A stretch of 64,000 nt of DNA, taken from assembly GCA_001789725.1 (NCBI GenBank), contig MGAM01000004.1:51913-115912 (forward strand). Direction: 5' to 3'. Shown here piece by piece: positions 47,487 through 57,220 of this stretch. The notes under the pieces were generated by a model that was not told where the DNA came from, ran no database searches, and saw only the letters and a list, made by a program, of their open reading frames with translations. The position numbers were made by a program, and so were the translations under genes. Origin of the DNA: Candidatus Roizmanbacteria bacterium RIFCSPLOWO2_01_FULL_39_19 (lineage in GTDB: Bacteria > Patescibacteriota > Microgenomatia > UBA1406 > HO2-37-13b). Numbering within the stretch: the stretch's first letter is position 1; every line of letters begins with the position of its first letter.

Positions 47487-48935
47487 TTATTTTCTCATAA
47501 ACAAATCTTTAACTTCTGTCAAAAGTTGTATCCGAAAAAGCATATACGCCAATCCAACATAACCAATCGCTCCTATTGGGATCATAACAATGATTTGATA
47601 AATTGGCGTTGAAATAACACTTTTTATACCAATCAAAATTGCCCCCATAATAACAGATAATATTATTGGTTTATCGATTGAACTAATAATCTCAAAATGC
47701 AACAATTGACGAGCCTTAACAATTACAAAAATACTTGAGAGAGCCAGGATCAGCTGTGTTGCTGGAAATCCATACAAGCCAAAAAGTTTTGTAAATAATG
47801 GCGTACAAATCCATGTTGTAATTGTCCAGAACAGCATAAAACTAAAAGATAATTTAGCTTTACCCAATGCATTAAACATATTAATAAACGGAGTTGAGTA
47901 GCTGGATAAAAATGCCGTAACACAAAAGATGTAAAAAATGGGAATTGCCGGTTCCCACTTAGAATATTTAGGAATAAACTCAACTATAGAAGGTACTACC
48001 ATCGCCAGCCCCACCATCGCCGGCGCTAAAAGAAGCGTTTGATATCGTAAAATTTTATGGATAACCGAACTGATCCTTTCCGGCTCATTTTGAAGCCTTG
48101 AGATAACCGGAAATAGCACACGACTAATATTGTCCATAATAATTCTGATTGGCGCCTCGGCCCATTTTTTAGCCCAACCAATATATCCCAAAAGCTCAAA
48201 TCCCAGAACTTTACCCAGAAATAAAATGATTAAATCGTCCTTAAATAAAGCCAGAAAAGAACTTCCCTGAAAGGGCAGGCCAAATGATAGTAGCCCATTA
48301 AGGCTTGATTTGCTTACCCCAATCCTTGGCATCCAGAATGAGATCGAATAGATCAAAACAAGGCCAACAATCGCCCGGATCATTACTGCAAATACAAAAC
48401 TCATTAACCCAAATCCTAAAATAGCCAGTGAAATTACACAAATATAGAAAAGTGTATTTTCAACAATCTGAACCATAACGATCTTTTGGAATTCAACTTT
48501 GCGCTCTAAAAAAACTGACGGAATTGTCTTGAGCGAAGATATGAAAAATGCTGCTAAAAGAGCCCAGTAAAGGACCACTCCTTGTTGGGGAAGATTGTAA
48601 AAACTCTTCACAAATTGGGTTGAGACAAATCCGATTAAAATAAGAGAAATTATCAGGCTCTGCTGAATCGTAAATGTTGTTGTGACGTCATGATCAGTTA
48701 TTTCCTTTTTTTGGATAAGTGATGCTGCAAGCCCAACGTCAGAAAAATAATTCAATAATGAAATTATTGACAGAACTGTTATATACATGCCAAAAATTGA
48801 TGGAGATAAAACAATCGTTAGAACGAGACTGGCAATAAAACCTAAAACAGCAGAATACCCGCTTTGAAAAAAAAGACTAAAAGCGCTTTTTATTGTGTTT
48901 TTTTTTAGAGTTTCAATTTCTTTTTCTTTTGGCAT
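47487..48935 (-). CDS. Oligosaccharide flippase (Wzx/MOP superfamily)
   Basis: 482 aa with about 12-14 TM helices and the typical polysaccharide-biosynthesis-protein N-terminus (SGYSAVLGFIASLVLTIVLSP..FG). Confidence 0.7.
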   Translation of the reverse strand: MPKEKEIETLKKNTIKSAFSLFFQSGYSAVLGFIASLVLTIVLSPSIFGMYITVLSIISLLNYFSDVGLAASLIQKKEITDHDVTTTFTIQQSLIISLILIGFVSTQFVKSFYNLPQQGVVLYWALLAAFFISSLKTIPSVFLERKVEFQKIVMVQIVENTLFYICVISLAILGFGLMSFVFAVMIRAIVGLVLIYSISFWMPRIGVSKSSLNGLLSFGLPFQGSSFLALFKDDLIILFLGKVLGFELLGYIGWAKKWAEAPIRIIMDNISRVLFPVISRLQNEPERISSVIHKILRYQTLLLAPAMVGLAMVVPSIVEFIPKYSKWEPAIPIFYIFCVTAFLSSYSTPFINMFNALGKAKLSFSFMLFWTITTWICTPLFTKLFGLYGFPATQLILALSSIFVIVKARQLLHFEIISSIDKPIILSVIMGAILIGIKSVISTPIYQIIVMIPIGAIGYVGLAYMLFRIQLLTEVKDLFMRK

Positions 48936-50616
48936 AAGTTAAAACTGGCAGCCACCCGGCAATAATAACCGACATGATTAAACTGAAAATACCTAACATC
49001 TGTATAGAAGTTTGTTTGTAATAAATTTGAATAATTGATGGCTCGGTTATCGATAAAAATGGTCTTCCCAAATCATCAAGATTTTTTTTGTCAGGAATGA
49101 ATTGTTTATCGTTGACAACAATTTTCCAAGATGATAAATAATGAATATTTATCGTTAACTGGTCCTGTGGTTGAACTTTAATGATTTTCTGAAACGGATT
49201 ATTTTTTATGATTTCATATTTTCCACCTGTAATTTCCGCCGGCTGAGAAAAAATCGGTAAATTTGATTGATTATCGGTTGGCTCAAAGCTGCGCCAATAG
49301 TCATAATTAACCGTTTTTGGCAAGTACTCCGGCGCTTGGTAAGCAGCTTTTGTTGATATATAATCTCGACTTAAATATTCATGAGCAAATTGACTTTTAA
49401 GTATTTTTTGTCCATAAAAATATTTACTTGTTATCATTAATGTTATTGCGATAAGACTGTAAGAAAGAATAGTTTTATATTGTTTTGGCAAATATTCGAT
49501 ACTAAACGCTCCCGCCCAGGCAAATCCAATGCCGGCTATAGCCAATAATCTCCATGAATATTGCATAAGTTTTAAAAATTCAATTTGATTCCAGATTAGT
49601 TTTGATAAACCCGTTGTCATAAAAAGAAGAAACATCGTTACAAAAATAAAGAAAACCGTAAGATTTGCTATTAATTTTTTATCATCTCTTTTTATTGATA
49701 AATGCCAGAAAAAGGCGATTGCTGATGTTGTCAACAGTCCTAAATGAATTTTACCTACCTTAAAACTCATCCCATCATTTAAACATCCCGGAGCCGACCC
49801 ACCAAAACCCCAGTCGCCACTCCATAGTTGTTTAACGCATAAAAAATGATCATTAATATTTGTTTTTAATGCTACGGTTTTTGCCCAAGTGAGAGAAGAT
49901 TCCAAAATAAATGGTAGGTAAAAGTAAAACGATCCAAAAAAACCCAAAGTAAATATTATCCATTGCTTTTTGGATGCTTGGGTTACTACCAAGAATAGTA
50001 AAAGATAAAACCCCACAAATAGTGAAAGACCGTTGTGACTTGTCAATAATAGAGTTAAGACGATGACTCTCAGTATTGACCCACGTGATGTAATTTTTTC
50101 CACCGGTAAAAGAGAATAAAATCCCCAAGGAAGAAGGGCAATTAGCCATGATTCGGCTAAATTACCTCTTACAAAAATTGACAGTGGCACATACAAAGAT
50201 GTGATGTAAATAGCTGCCCCCAATAATGATGCTTGCTCACTAAAATACTTTTTCAAGAAAAAATACGCGCCGATTAAGCCTACAAGTATGCTTGCCAAAA
50301 AAGATACTTGGATTACATCAGGTGGTGAGAAATTAAATAAAGAAAATATATTGGAGATAATATAGGCACCCGGGGCATAAAACGTAAAAATCGGATAGCC
50401 TAAATTAAATGAAAAGTGGGGGGCAATTCTTGGCAATATTTGGCCCGATAAGAAAGCGTACTTAAATTCGGTAATCCTTGCAGCTTGAGTTACATCATGA
50501 AAAAGAAAAATCTGTGGTGAAAATGGATTTAACTGCTTACCTAACAAAACCACAACAACTACTAACAATAGTAGGAGAGAAATGTTTTGCTTGAAAAAAC
50601 TATTTATAAAGTTCAT
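48913..50616 (-). CDS. Large polytopic membrane protein, GT-C-like
   Basis: 567 aa with many TM helices and a C-terminal soluble domain. The family is not firmly recognised. Confidence 0.45.
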   Translation of the reverse strand: MNFINSFFKQNISLLLLLVVVVVLLGKQLNPFSPQIFLFHDVTQAARITEFKYAFLSGQILPRIAPHFSFNLGYPIFTFYAPGAYIISNIFSLFNFSPPDVIQVSFLASILVGLIGAYFFLKKYFSEQASLLGAAIYITSLYVPLSIFVRGNLAESWLIALLPWGFYSLLPVEKITSRGSILRVIVLTLLLTSHNGLSLFVGFYLLLFLVVTQASKKQWIIFTLGFFGSFYFYLPFILESSLTWAKTVALKTNINDHFLCVKQLWSGDWGFGGSAPGCLNDGMSFKVGKIHLGLLTTSAIAFFWHLSIKRDDKKLIANLTVFFIFVTMFLLFMTTGLSKLIWNQIEFLKLMQYSWRLLAIAGIGFAWAGAFSIEYLPKQYKTILSYSLIAITLMITSKYFYGQKILKSQFAHEYLSRDYISTKAAYQAPEYLPKTVNYDYWRSFEPTDNQSNLPIFSQPAEITGGKYEIIKNNPFQKIIKVQPQDQLTINIHYLSSWKIVVNDKQFIPDKKNLDDLGRPFLSITEPSIIQIYYKQTSIQMLGIFSLIMSVIIAGWLPVLTYAKRKRN

Positions 50617-52114
50617 ATAGGTAAATAGTTGACTTATTACCTGGCTTCTTATATTCTGCTATTTTCTTAATCGGCCAGTCCGGTGGAAACTCCTCCCTAT
50701 GGGAAAAAACGATTAAAACAGTTTGTTTATCAAGAAGTTTTAAATTCTCAAGTACTACTGATAAGTCAAGGGGCCAATAACCCTTAATTTCAATATTGGT
50801 GTCACCGGGTCTAAGATGGGCGTCCAGCACATCGCCACTCATTCCAAAATTTCCCTCAGCCAAGATTGTAACTTTTTTTTCGTTTGATCTATTACGCGAA
50901 TATTCCATAATTTCTTTAATCCCCCATCCTGCCGGCCACCCTTCAAGATATTGTCCTCTGTCTACCTCCGGAAACGGAATACTCGCCGGATTGAAAAGAA
51001 TTGTGTAATTAAAAAAGATTACAGATGCTATCACTGCAAGAATCGCAGTCCATAATTTTTTCCTACTTAATTTGGAAATTAAATATCCTGCCGGCAAAAG
51101 AAGCAGCAGCCCTAACGACATCACATATCGAGGATACAAAACTTCAGCAACAAGAGAAATTACTAAATAAGAAGCTAACAACCATAAACCAATATAAAAT
51201 CCTTCAATTCTTTTCCTTCTGATTAGGATAAAAAGGCCTAGAAGCCCGATTAAGGGGACAACATAAGCCATTTCTGAAAACACATAATAGGGAAGAAGCT
51301 TTAGGTTCGTAGGCAAAACTTGAAATGGGTTTTTCAGAATTTCGTGAAATGTAAGAACAAATGTTGTGTTTTTCTCCTTAACATAATGAAAAAATGGCGA
51401 GAGTCTCTGAATATTATAGATCGTAAATGCTACTACACCAGAAATGCAGTACAAAACTACAAAACTGATCAATTTATTTAATCTATCTTTCTTATGTTCA
51501 AAAATAGTATACAATACTGATAGAAAGGATAGACCCAAAAAGAGTTTTGCTGATGATTTGGCTAAAAGAGACATCCCTCCAACAATTCCAAGCAAAAGTG
51601 AAAAATCCAACCTTCTAGTCCTAGCTAATAATGTGCTTAGTAAAAACATCCATATCACACCCGCGTTTACTGTTGAGTCAACTAGGGCGACTCTGTCATG
51701 AAACAGGAAATAAGGGGTAAATATATAAAGTGCCGTGGTTAAATAAGCTGTTCTTTTACCAAAAAGGTAGTATGATGCTGTAAATAACCCTGAAAGTGAT
51801 AATAGCCCAGAAAAAACTGCAAAAAGCCTGCCAGCAAATAATGCATTGTTAGGAAATAACTTTAAAAATGGAATTGTTGCCCAAGTCTGCAACGGCTGTC
51901 TTCCGTCGGTCAATGAAATAAACCGCCACGTCGCATCATGCCAGGCAACTTTTGCCCATCTGATATAAATCCCTTCATCAGTAAATATTGGAAATTTATT
52001 AAGATTAATTAGCCGGGTAAGTGAGAAAGCTCCAAGCAAAAGTAAAATAATTAAAATATCTTTCTTGAAAATATTTTTTCTAATCCAAAAAATGATCTCT
52101 TTTACATCAACCAT
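50600..52114 (-). CDS. GT-C membrane glycosyltransferase (ArnT/PMT-like)
   Basis: First-loop acidic motif FTDEGIYIRWA and more than 10 TM helices. Confidence 0.65.
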   Translation of the reverse strand: MVDVKEIIFWIRKNIFKKDILIILLLLGAFSLTRLINLNKFPIFTDEGIYIRWAKVAWHDATWRFISLTDGRQPLQTWATIPFLKLFPNNALFAGRLFAVFSGLLSLSGLFTASYYLFGKRTAYLTTALYIFTPYFLFHDRVALVDSTVNAGVIWMFLLSTLLARTRRLDFSLLLGIVGGMSLLAKSSAKLFLGLSFLSVLYTIFEHKKDRLNKLISFVVLYCISGVVAFTIYNIQRLSPFFHYVKEKNTTFVLTFHEILKNPFQVLPTNLKLLPYYVFSEMAYVVPLIGLLGLFILIRRKRIEGFYIGLWLLASYLVISLVAEVLYPRYVMSLGLLLLLPAGYLISKLSRKKLWTAILAVIASVIFFNYTILFNPASIPFPEVDRGQYLEGWPAGWGIKEIMEYSRNRSNEKKVTILAEGNFGMSGDVLDAHLRPGDTNIEIKGYWPLDLSVVLENLKLLDKQTVLIVFSHREEFPPDWPIKKIAEYKKPGNKSTIYLYELYK

Positions 52115-52123
52115 ATTGTGATA

Positions 52124-53599
52124 TTACAGTCTGAAAAGTGTAAAATCGCTATTTTCAGAAACTATGTCAACATTGTAATCTTTCAGATAGTGCCTGTCAC
52201 CATTATGAATCAGAAAGAGCCCGTTTCCTTTGCCTAATCTTTTTTGAAAGTCGTTGGTTCTGTAGTAGTAATTGATATGTTTCTTAGAATAATAATGAGC
52301 ACAGGGGTTGCCACCATAGATCCAGGTAAACGAAGTGTAGAGAGTTGGATTTAAGATCTCTCTTGCCCGTCGTTCGGAAAATTGCACCAGATAATCTAAA
52401 TTCTTTTCAGGTTCTCTGCTTGATATAATAGCTATTTCGTCTCTTGAGCTTGTCTTGACAGTCTCAAACAGTTTGTTCTCTTTGATTACAAAGTAAAATC
52501 CATCAGCTGCGATTAAAATAGCAATTACTAAAACAATAATGTTCTTCAGTTTAAGAGTGCGGATCAGCAAATGAAGACAACATGCAAGATATATCGCAAG
52601 AAAAGGATATATAGGTGCAACGTACCATTCGATTTTTGTCTTTGCCATCGTCAAAAAAACTAATGGGATGAAGATAAGCAATACAATCTCAATGATTCTC
52701 TGCTGACTCCTGATCTCTGAAATGAGATTGTCTAAAGTGATATTTTTTAATTTTTTTAGGAAAAATAAAGGCCAGACAAAAATCAACAGCACCCATGGGA
52801 ACAATTCTTTAAATATATGTTTTAAATAGAACAATCTGCCTCCAAAATGGAATTCTATTGGGTATCTGGAGCGCTGAATAATATTTTCAATAAAGTAAAC
52901 ATTGATGAATTTTTCTCCATAAACCATATATTCTACCAGTAGCCAGGGTACAATTGTTATTGTAAACCCAAAGATCAACCAAGTTGACAACCTAAATTTT
53001 GATTTTTTTTCAAATATCAAAATCATAATGAGCAACGAAATCAGAAATGGAAATACACCAAGACCCTTAACTAGAGCTGCAAGTCCTAAGGCAAATCCCG
53101 CTAATAAACCCCGTTTCCTAAGCGTTATTGAGCTTGTGTAGACAAGATATCCTAATATGATAAATAGTGCATAGGGGATATCGGTGCTTATCTTGGTAAA
53201 GTAACGAACAAGAACATCTCCCGTTAAAAGTATTAGTATGGCAAATATTCCAATTCTTTTTGAGAATCTAATTGTTGTAAAAAAATAAACATAAAACAAC
53301 AAAAATAGCGTGAAGACAACATTAACAATTCTTAGTGCAAATTCTGAAGAAGAAAAAAATAACGGAGTTTGCAGGATGACTGTATAAAAAGGAATTTTAT
53401 CAAGCATCACCTGCCCATTCCAATAGTTAGTTAATGCATTATAGCTCATCCTCATGCTACGGGCATAGCCTGCATATAGACACTCATCCCAATCCCAGAG
53501 TTTTGTTTGCCCTAAAGTAAGCAAGAAAATCGAAGCTAAAATTACTAGTATTGCCAAAAACACCTTGTGAGAAGATATTAAGTTAATAATTCTTTTCAT
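52124..53599 (-). CDS. GT-C membrane glycosyltransferase (ArnT/PMT-like)
   Basis: Contains LWDWDECLYAGYARS in the first loop and more than 10 TM helices. Confidence 0.65.
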   Translation of the reverse strand: MKRIINLISSHKVFLAILVILASIFLLTLGQTKLWDWDECLYAGYARSMRMSYNALTNYWNGQVMLDKIPFYTVILQTPLFFSSSEFALRIVNVVFTLFLLFYVYFFTTIRFSKRIGIFAILILLTGDVLVRYFTKISTDIPYALFIILGYLVYTSSITLRKRGLLAGFALGLAALVKGLGVFPFLISLLIMILIFEKKSKFRLSTWLIFGFTITIVPWLLVEYMVYGEKFINVYFIENIIQRSRYPIEFHFGGRLFYLKHIFKELFPWVLLIFVWPLFFLKKLKNITLDNLISEIRSQQRIIEIVLLIFIPLVFLTMAKTKIEWYVAPIYPFLAIYLACCLHLLIRTLKLKNIIVLVIAILIAADGFYFVIKENKLFETVKTSSRDEIAIISSREPEKNLDYLVQFSERRAREILNPTLYTSFTWIYGGNPCAHYYSKKHINYYYRTNDFQKRLGKGNGLFLIHNGDRHYLKDYNVDIVSENSDFTLFRL

Positions 53600-54348
53600 T
53601 TTGAAGAGTATTTGCCGGTTATTTCGTACTTTTTTATTTTTGCAATATCACCTAAAGCTTCAAGTGAATCTTTAATAAAATTTACTCGTTTTGTCTCAAC
53701 ATGATGCCATTCAACCGGAATTTGAACTATTTCATATCCTATTTTTTTAGCAATATACAAAAATTCAAGATCAAATCCGGCAGACACCGAAGCTCCTAAT
53801 ACCCTTCTTTCCGGGGTAAATACTCTTAGCCTATCTAATATTTTTATCGCAGCGTCCTTAGAAAATCCCTTAAACCCGCATTGTGTATCAATTACACCAT
53901 TCAGATCTATCATTAAGTCTCTAATGATTACAAATCCTTTTGACTGGAGTTGTCTTAAAAAAGGCGCCCCTTCACGTCTCGTTTGGCGCGATCCTATTAC
54001 AATTTTTGCTCCTTGTTTAAACTCTTTTGTCATTTTTTGGGTTTCTTCAATGGGGGTCGCCAAATCCATATCTAAAAAAACGATATATTTACCTTCGGCT
54101 TTTCTTATTCCGGTGATTACCGCCAAGGCTTTGCCACCATGTTTATTTCCAACAAGTTTAAATTTGGGGAATTTAGGGAGATAGGATTCTTTTATTATTC
54201 GTGCCGAGCTATCGATTGACCCGTCATCAACAATCACAACTTCGTGAATATCAGGATTGTCTTTGACATAATTTCCTACCTTATCGAGCACGCCTTTTTG
54301 AAGATTGAGTTCTTCGTTATAACAGGGAATGACAAATGAAATATTCAT
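53596..54348 (-). CDS. Polyprenol-phosphate glycosyltransferase (GT2, DPM1/ArnC-like)
   Basis: Contains SFVIPCYNEE, IVDDGSIDS and FLDMDLATP. Confidence 0.85.
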   Translation of the reverse strand: MNISFVIPCYNEELNLQKGVLDKVGNYVKDNPDIHEVVIVDDGSIDSSARIIKESYLPKFPKFKLVGNKHGGKALAVITGIRKAEGKYIVFLDMDLATPIEETQKMTKEFKQGAKIVIGSRQTRREGAPFLRQLQSKGFVIIRDLMIDLNGVIDTQCGFKGFSKDAAIKILDRLRVFTPERRVLGASVSAGFDLEFLYIAKKIGYEIVQIPVEWHHVETKRVNFIKDSLEALGDIAKIKKYEITGKYSSK

Positions 54349-54350
54349 AC

Positions 54351-55817
54351 TTATCGTGTTAGCTTATAGATTGTAACATTCTCAACCACCCATTGTTTAG
54401 TAATTTTCCTTGGTGCAAAAAAAGCAATATCCCAAGTAGGATTACCTATAATCAAATCGCATCTTCCCTCACACAATACAAATAACTCATCAGCTTTTTC
54501 TAATGTGTCCTTTTCAAGGGGTTTTTTGCCTGCAACTTCAAGAAAATATCGATAACTATAGTCTGAGTATCGCTCGGGCAAGGATGTAATTTGAAATTTT
54601 TTTACATGAATGTTTAAAAACATGCTCTCTGTTATTCTTTTTGCATGGCGTATCTGGTAATTAGGATCGCCTCTTAAAAAATCATAATGTTGTACTGAGA
54701 TATATGAAAATAGAATTAGGAAAATCCCCATAATAACAGGAGTTATTTTTTTAGGAAGTGAAAGGATCATAATACCAATTACTGCTAAGTAATAAATATA
54801 GACAGATCCCATATAATGGGAATATTTTGGACCTCCATATAAAGATAATCCCGTCAGAATAAAAATGAAAAACAATGATATTAAACTATACTGTCGGTTC
54901 TTCTTTAGCGCCCACAAAAGTAATGAAAATAAGACAATTAATAAAACAACTGGTAATGTTTTATTTAAGTCAACATTGAATATGAATTTGTTGAGGGCCT
55001 GGAAAACCGATAAAAATTCTTCCCATTTCCCTCCGTTGACTGTTCCTGTTTGAGTAAACAACTTCAGAAAGTTTTTTAGGTTTAAAAAACCATGTCTCAG
55101 GTCAAACATTATTAAAGGAGAGGAAACAACTGTAAAAGATATCCCTGTAATAAAAGCTAAATTCAGAATTTCTTTTACCTTCTTTTTTTCAAAGAAAAAG
55201 TAAAAAGTGAATATCAAAATAACGGGAGGTAGTAATATTAAGGCAATATAATGGAGCTGAACTGCAATAGAAAGTAATACTCCAAGAACGATGGCACTGA
55301 TATTTTTTTTAGTTTTGAACAAATGCTGTGTTGATAAAACAACTAAAAAGGCAACGTAGGGCAGAAGGTTAGGATTCCAGGAAAATCGGGCAAATGAATA
55401 CAAGGCCGTTGCAACTCCTGAGGTTATTATAATAAACCAGGCAAGTTTTTTTGAAAATAGTTCAGCAGTAAATAGGTAAATCCAAAATAATAAAACTGAG
55501 GATGTTACAGCAACGCCAATAGCTAGGCCTAAGGGATTAAATTTAAACAATAGAAGCCATGGGGCGACAAAATAGTAGTAGAATGGGCCAAGAAATATCT
55601 GGCCAACTGATGTTATCGGGCCAATTGCAGTTAGGTGTTCAAGGGTTGCGATACGCTTGATAATGATCGCATCTCTTCCCTGATCTCCCAGAAAAGTTGC
55701 AAAGCCATCCATTTTGTAAAGTCTTAACGCTAATACTCCAACCACAAACAGCAAAGCCAGAAATAAACTTTTGTCTTTCTTAAAATGGTTAATGATTTGT
55801 TTTAGATAAGTTCTCAT
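54351..55817 (-). CDS. GT-C-like membrane glycosyltransferase
   Basis: Contains FLGDQGRDAIIIKRI in the first loop and many TM helices. I chose the ATG at 55815-55817. Confidence 0.55.
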   Translation of the reverse strand: MRTYLKQIINHFKKDKSLFLALLFVVGVLALRLYKMDGFATFLGDQGRDAIIIKRIATLEHLTAIGPITSVGQIFLGPFYYYFVAPWLLLFKFNPLGLAIGVAVTSSVLLFWIYLFTAELFSKKLAWFIIITSGVATALYSFARFSWNPNLLPYVAFLVVLSTQHLFKTKKNISAIVLGVLLSIAVQLHYIALILLPPVILIFTFYFFFEKKKVKEILNLAFITGISFTVVSSPLIMFDLRHGFLNLKNFLKLFTQTGTVNGGKWEEFLSVFQALNKFIFNVDLNKTLPVVLLIVLFSLLLWALKKNRQYSLISLFFIFILTGLSLYGGPKYSHYMGSVYIYYLAVIGIMILSLPKKITPVIMGIFLILFSYISVQHYDFLRGDPNYQIRHAKRITESMFLNIHVKKFQITSLPERYSDYSYRYFLEVAGKKPLEKDTLEKADELFVLCEGRCDLIIGNPTWDIAFFAPRKITKQWVVENVTIYKLTR

Positions 55818-55852
55818 GTGATACAATTTTTCAAAAGGTAGAACTAAAATAC

Positions 55853-57010
55853 ATGAAATCATTATACAAGAAAAAGCTTATTCCCTACATTTTGATCGTA
55901 ATTTTTGTAGTCTTTAGCACATTTTCACTTTGGTTGCCCTTTTTAGCAAATTTAAAAGAATTTTGGGGAATAAAATTACCGCAAGGTGGGTTTGAAGTTA
56001 TCGAAGCTAATTGGGACGGGCCACTTTATATTATCTCCACAAAAACATCCTACAATCCCAATAATGAGATATTTATAGATCCACCGCTTGGATTATCAGC
56101 ACAATATTATGCAGCTCATTTACCGCTCTACCCTTTAACAATAAAAATTGTTGCCAATGTTATGAGTTATCCAAAAGCAATGTTAATAAGTACACTTCTT
56201 GCTTCAGCTCTCTTGTTTTGTCTGTTTTATTTTTTTATAAAAAAACATTCACTCACTGGTCATCCACTTTTGTTGACAACGTTGCTTATGTTCTGGCCAA
56301 GACTATTAATAGTTCGCAGTATCGGCAGTCCTGAGCCTTTGTTTCTCTTGCTCGTTTTAGTAAGCGTATTTTTGTTTATTGAGAAGAGATTTTTTTTGGC
56401 ATCTCTTTTTGGAGCGCTGTCAGTTGTTACTAAAACACCGGGAGTCATTTTGTTCCCTGCATGCGGACTTTATTTTATCTACGATTACTTCAAAACAAAA
56501 AAAATAAGCCTGTCATCATTATGGATCATATTAATTCCACTTTCACTTTTGGGAGTATTTCAATTTTACAATATCCAGCTAAAAGATTTTTTTGCTTATT
56601 ATCACACTGGTGCCGTTGTGCCAATAACAAGACTATTTGCCATGTTTAATCAAAATGCTAAATGGGTTGGAACAGCATGGCTTGAAGATATTGTCTTTAT
56701 ATTCCTCCTTTTATTATCTGCAGCTCTTGTTGCCATCACCAACAAGCAAAAAGAAATTTCACCAAAACTCACGATTATCGGTTTTTTTATGATAACTTTT
56801 CTATTTTCACTTGGCTTTGTTGAACATCGTGATATTTCCCGTTATAGTTTACCTATTGTTCCATTCGCGTTTATCTCGCTTGAAAAGTTCTTTACTGACA
56901 AGAGATTTCTGGTTGCCTGCTGTCTTGTTTTACCGGCTATATATCTTTATGCTATTAACTTTATTGCTTCAAATGCTGCCCCTATAACAAACTGGCTACC
57001 TTTTATGTAA
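55853..57010 (+). CDS. Polytopic membrane protein, GT-C-like (PIG-V/mannosyltransferase-like, tentative)
   Basis: 385 aa with about 9 TM helices, located within the glycosylation island. Confidence 0.45.
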   Translation: MKSLYKKKLIPYILIVIFVVFSTFSLWLPFLANLKEFWGIKLPQGGFEVIEANWDGPLYIISTKTSYNPNNEIFIDPPLGLSAQYYAAHLPLYPLTIKIVANVMSYPKAMLISTLLASALLFCLFYFFIKKHSLTGHPLLLTTLLMFWPRLLIVRSIGSPEPLFLLLVLVSVFLFIEKRFFLASLFGALSVVTKTPGVILFPACGLYFIYDYFKTKKISLSSLWIILIPLSLLGVFQFYNIQLKDFFAYYHTGAVVPITRLFAMFNQNAKWVGTAWLEDIVFIFLLLLSAALVAITNKQKEISPKLTIIGFFMITFLFSLGFVEHRDISRYSLPIVPFAFISLEKFFTDKRFLVACCLVLPAIYLYAINFIASNAAPITNWLPFM

Positions 57011-57028
57011 GCCTAATAGTCAAGTTGA

Positions 57029-57037
57029 TGGTATAAT
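57029..57037 (+). promoter_or_regulatory. Extended -10 promoter element (TGgTATAAT) upstream of tRNA-Cys
   Basis: TGGTATAAT at 57029-57037. There is no good -35. The same 9-mer recurs at 63030-63038. Confidence 0.35.
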
Positions 57038-57104
57038 CTGTTAGTTTAAAAATTGTGGCATGATAATGATGTGGTAATGGGCGGTCTGGGAACCTTAAAT
57101 TCCT

Positions 57105-57176
57105 GGCACGTTGGCGAAGAGGAAACGCAGGAGTCTGCAAAACTTCTATGCGCCGGTTCGATTCCGGCACGTGCCT
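57105..57176 (+). tRNA. tRNA-Cys (anticodon GCA), CCA not encoded
   Basis: Hand-folded. Acceptor stem GGCACGT/ACGTGCC (7 bp perfect). D stem GCG/CGC. Anticodon stem GGAGU/ACUUC with loop CU-GCA-AA (anticodon at 57137-57139). Variable loop 5 nt. T arm GCCGG-UUCGAUU-CCGGC. Discriminator is U73, the Cys identity element. Confidence 0.85.
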
Positions 57177-57220
57177 CACGCATGTAGGGGTCCGTCTTCC
57201 CAACAGGGCCCAAAAATGAT

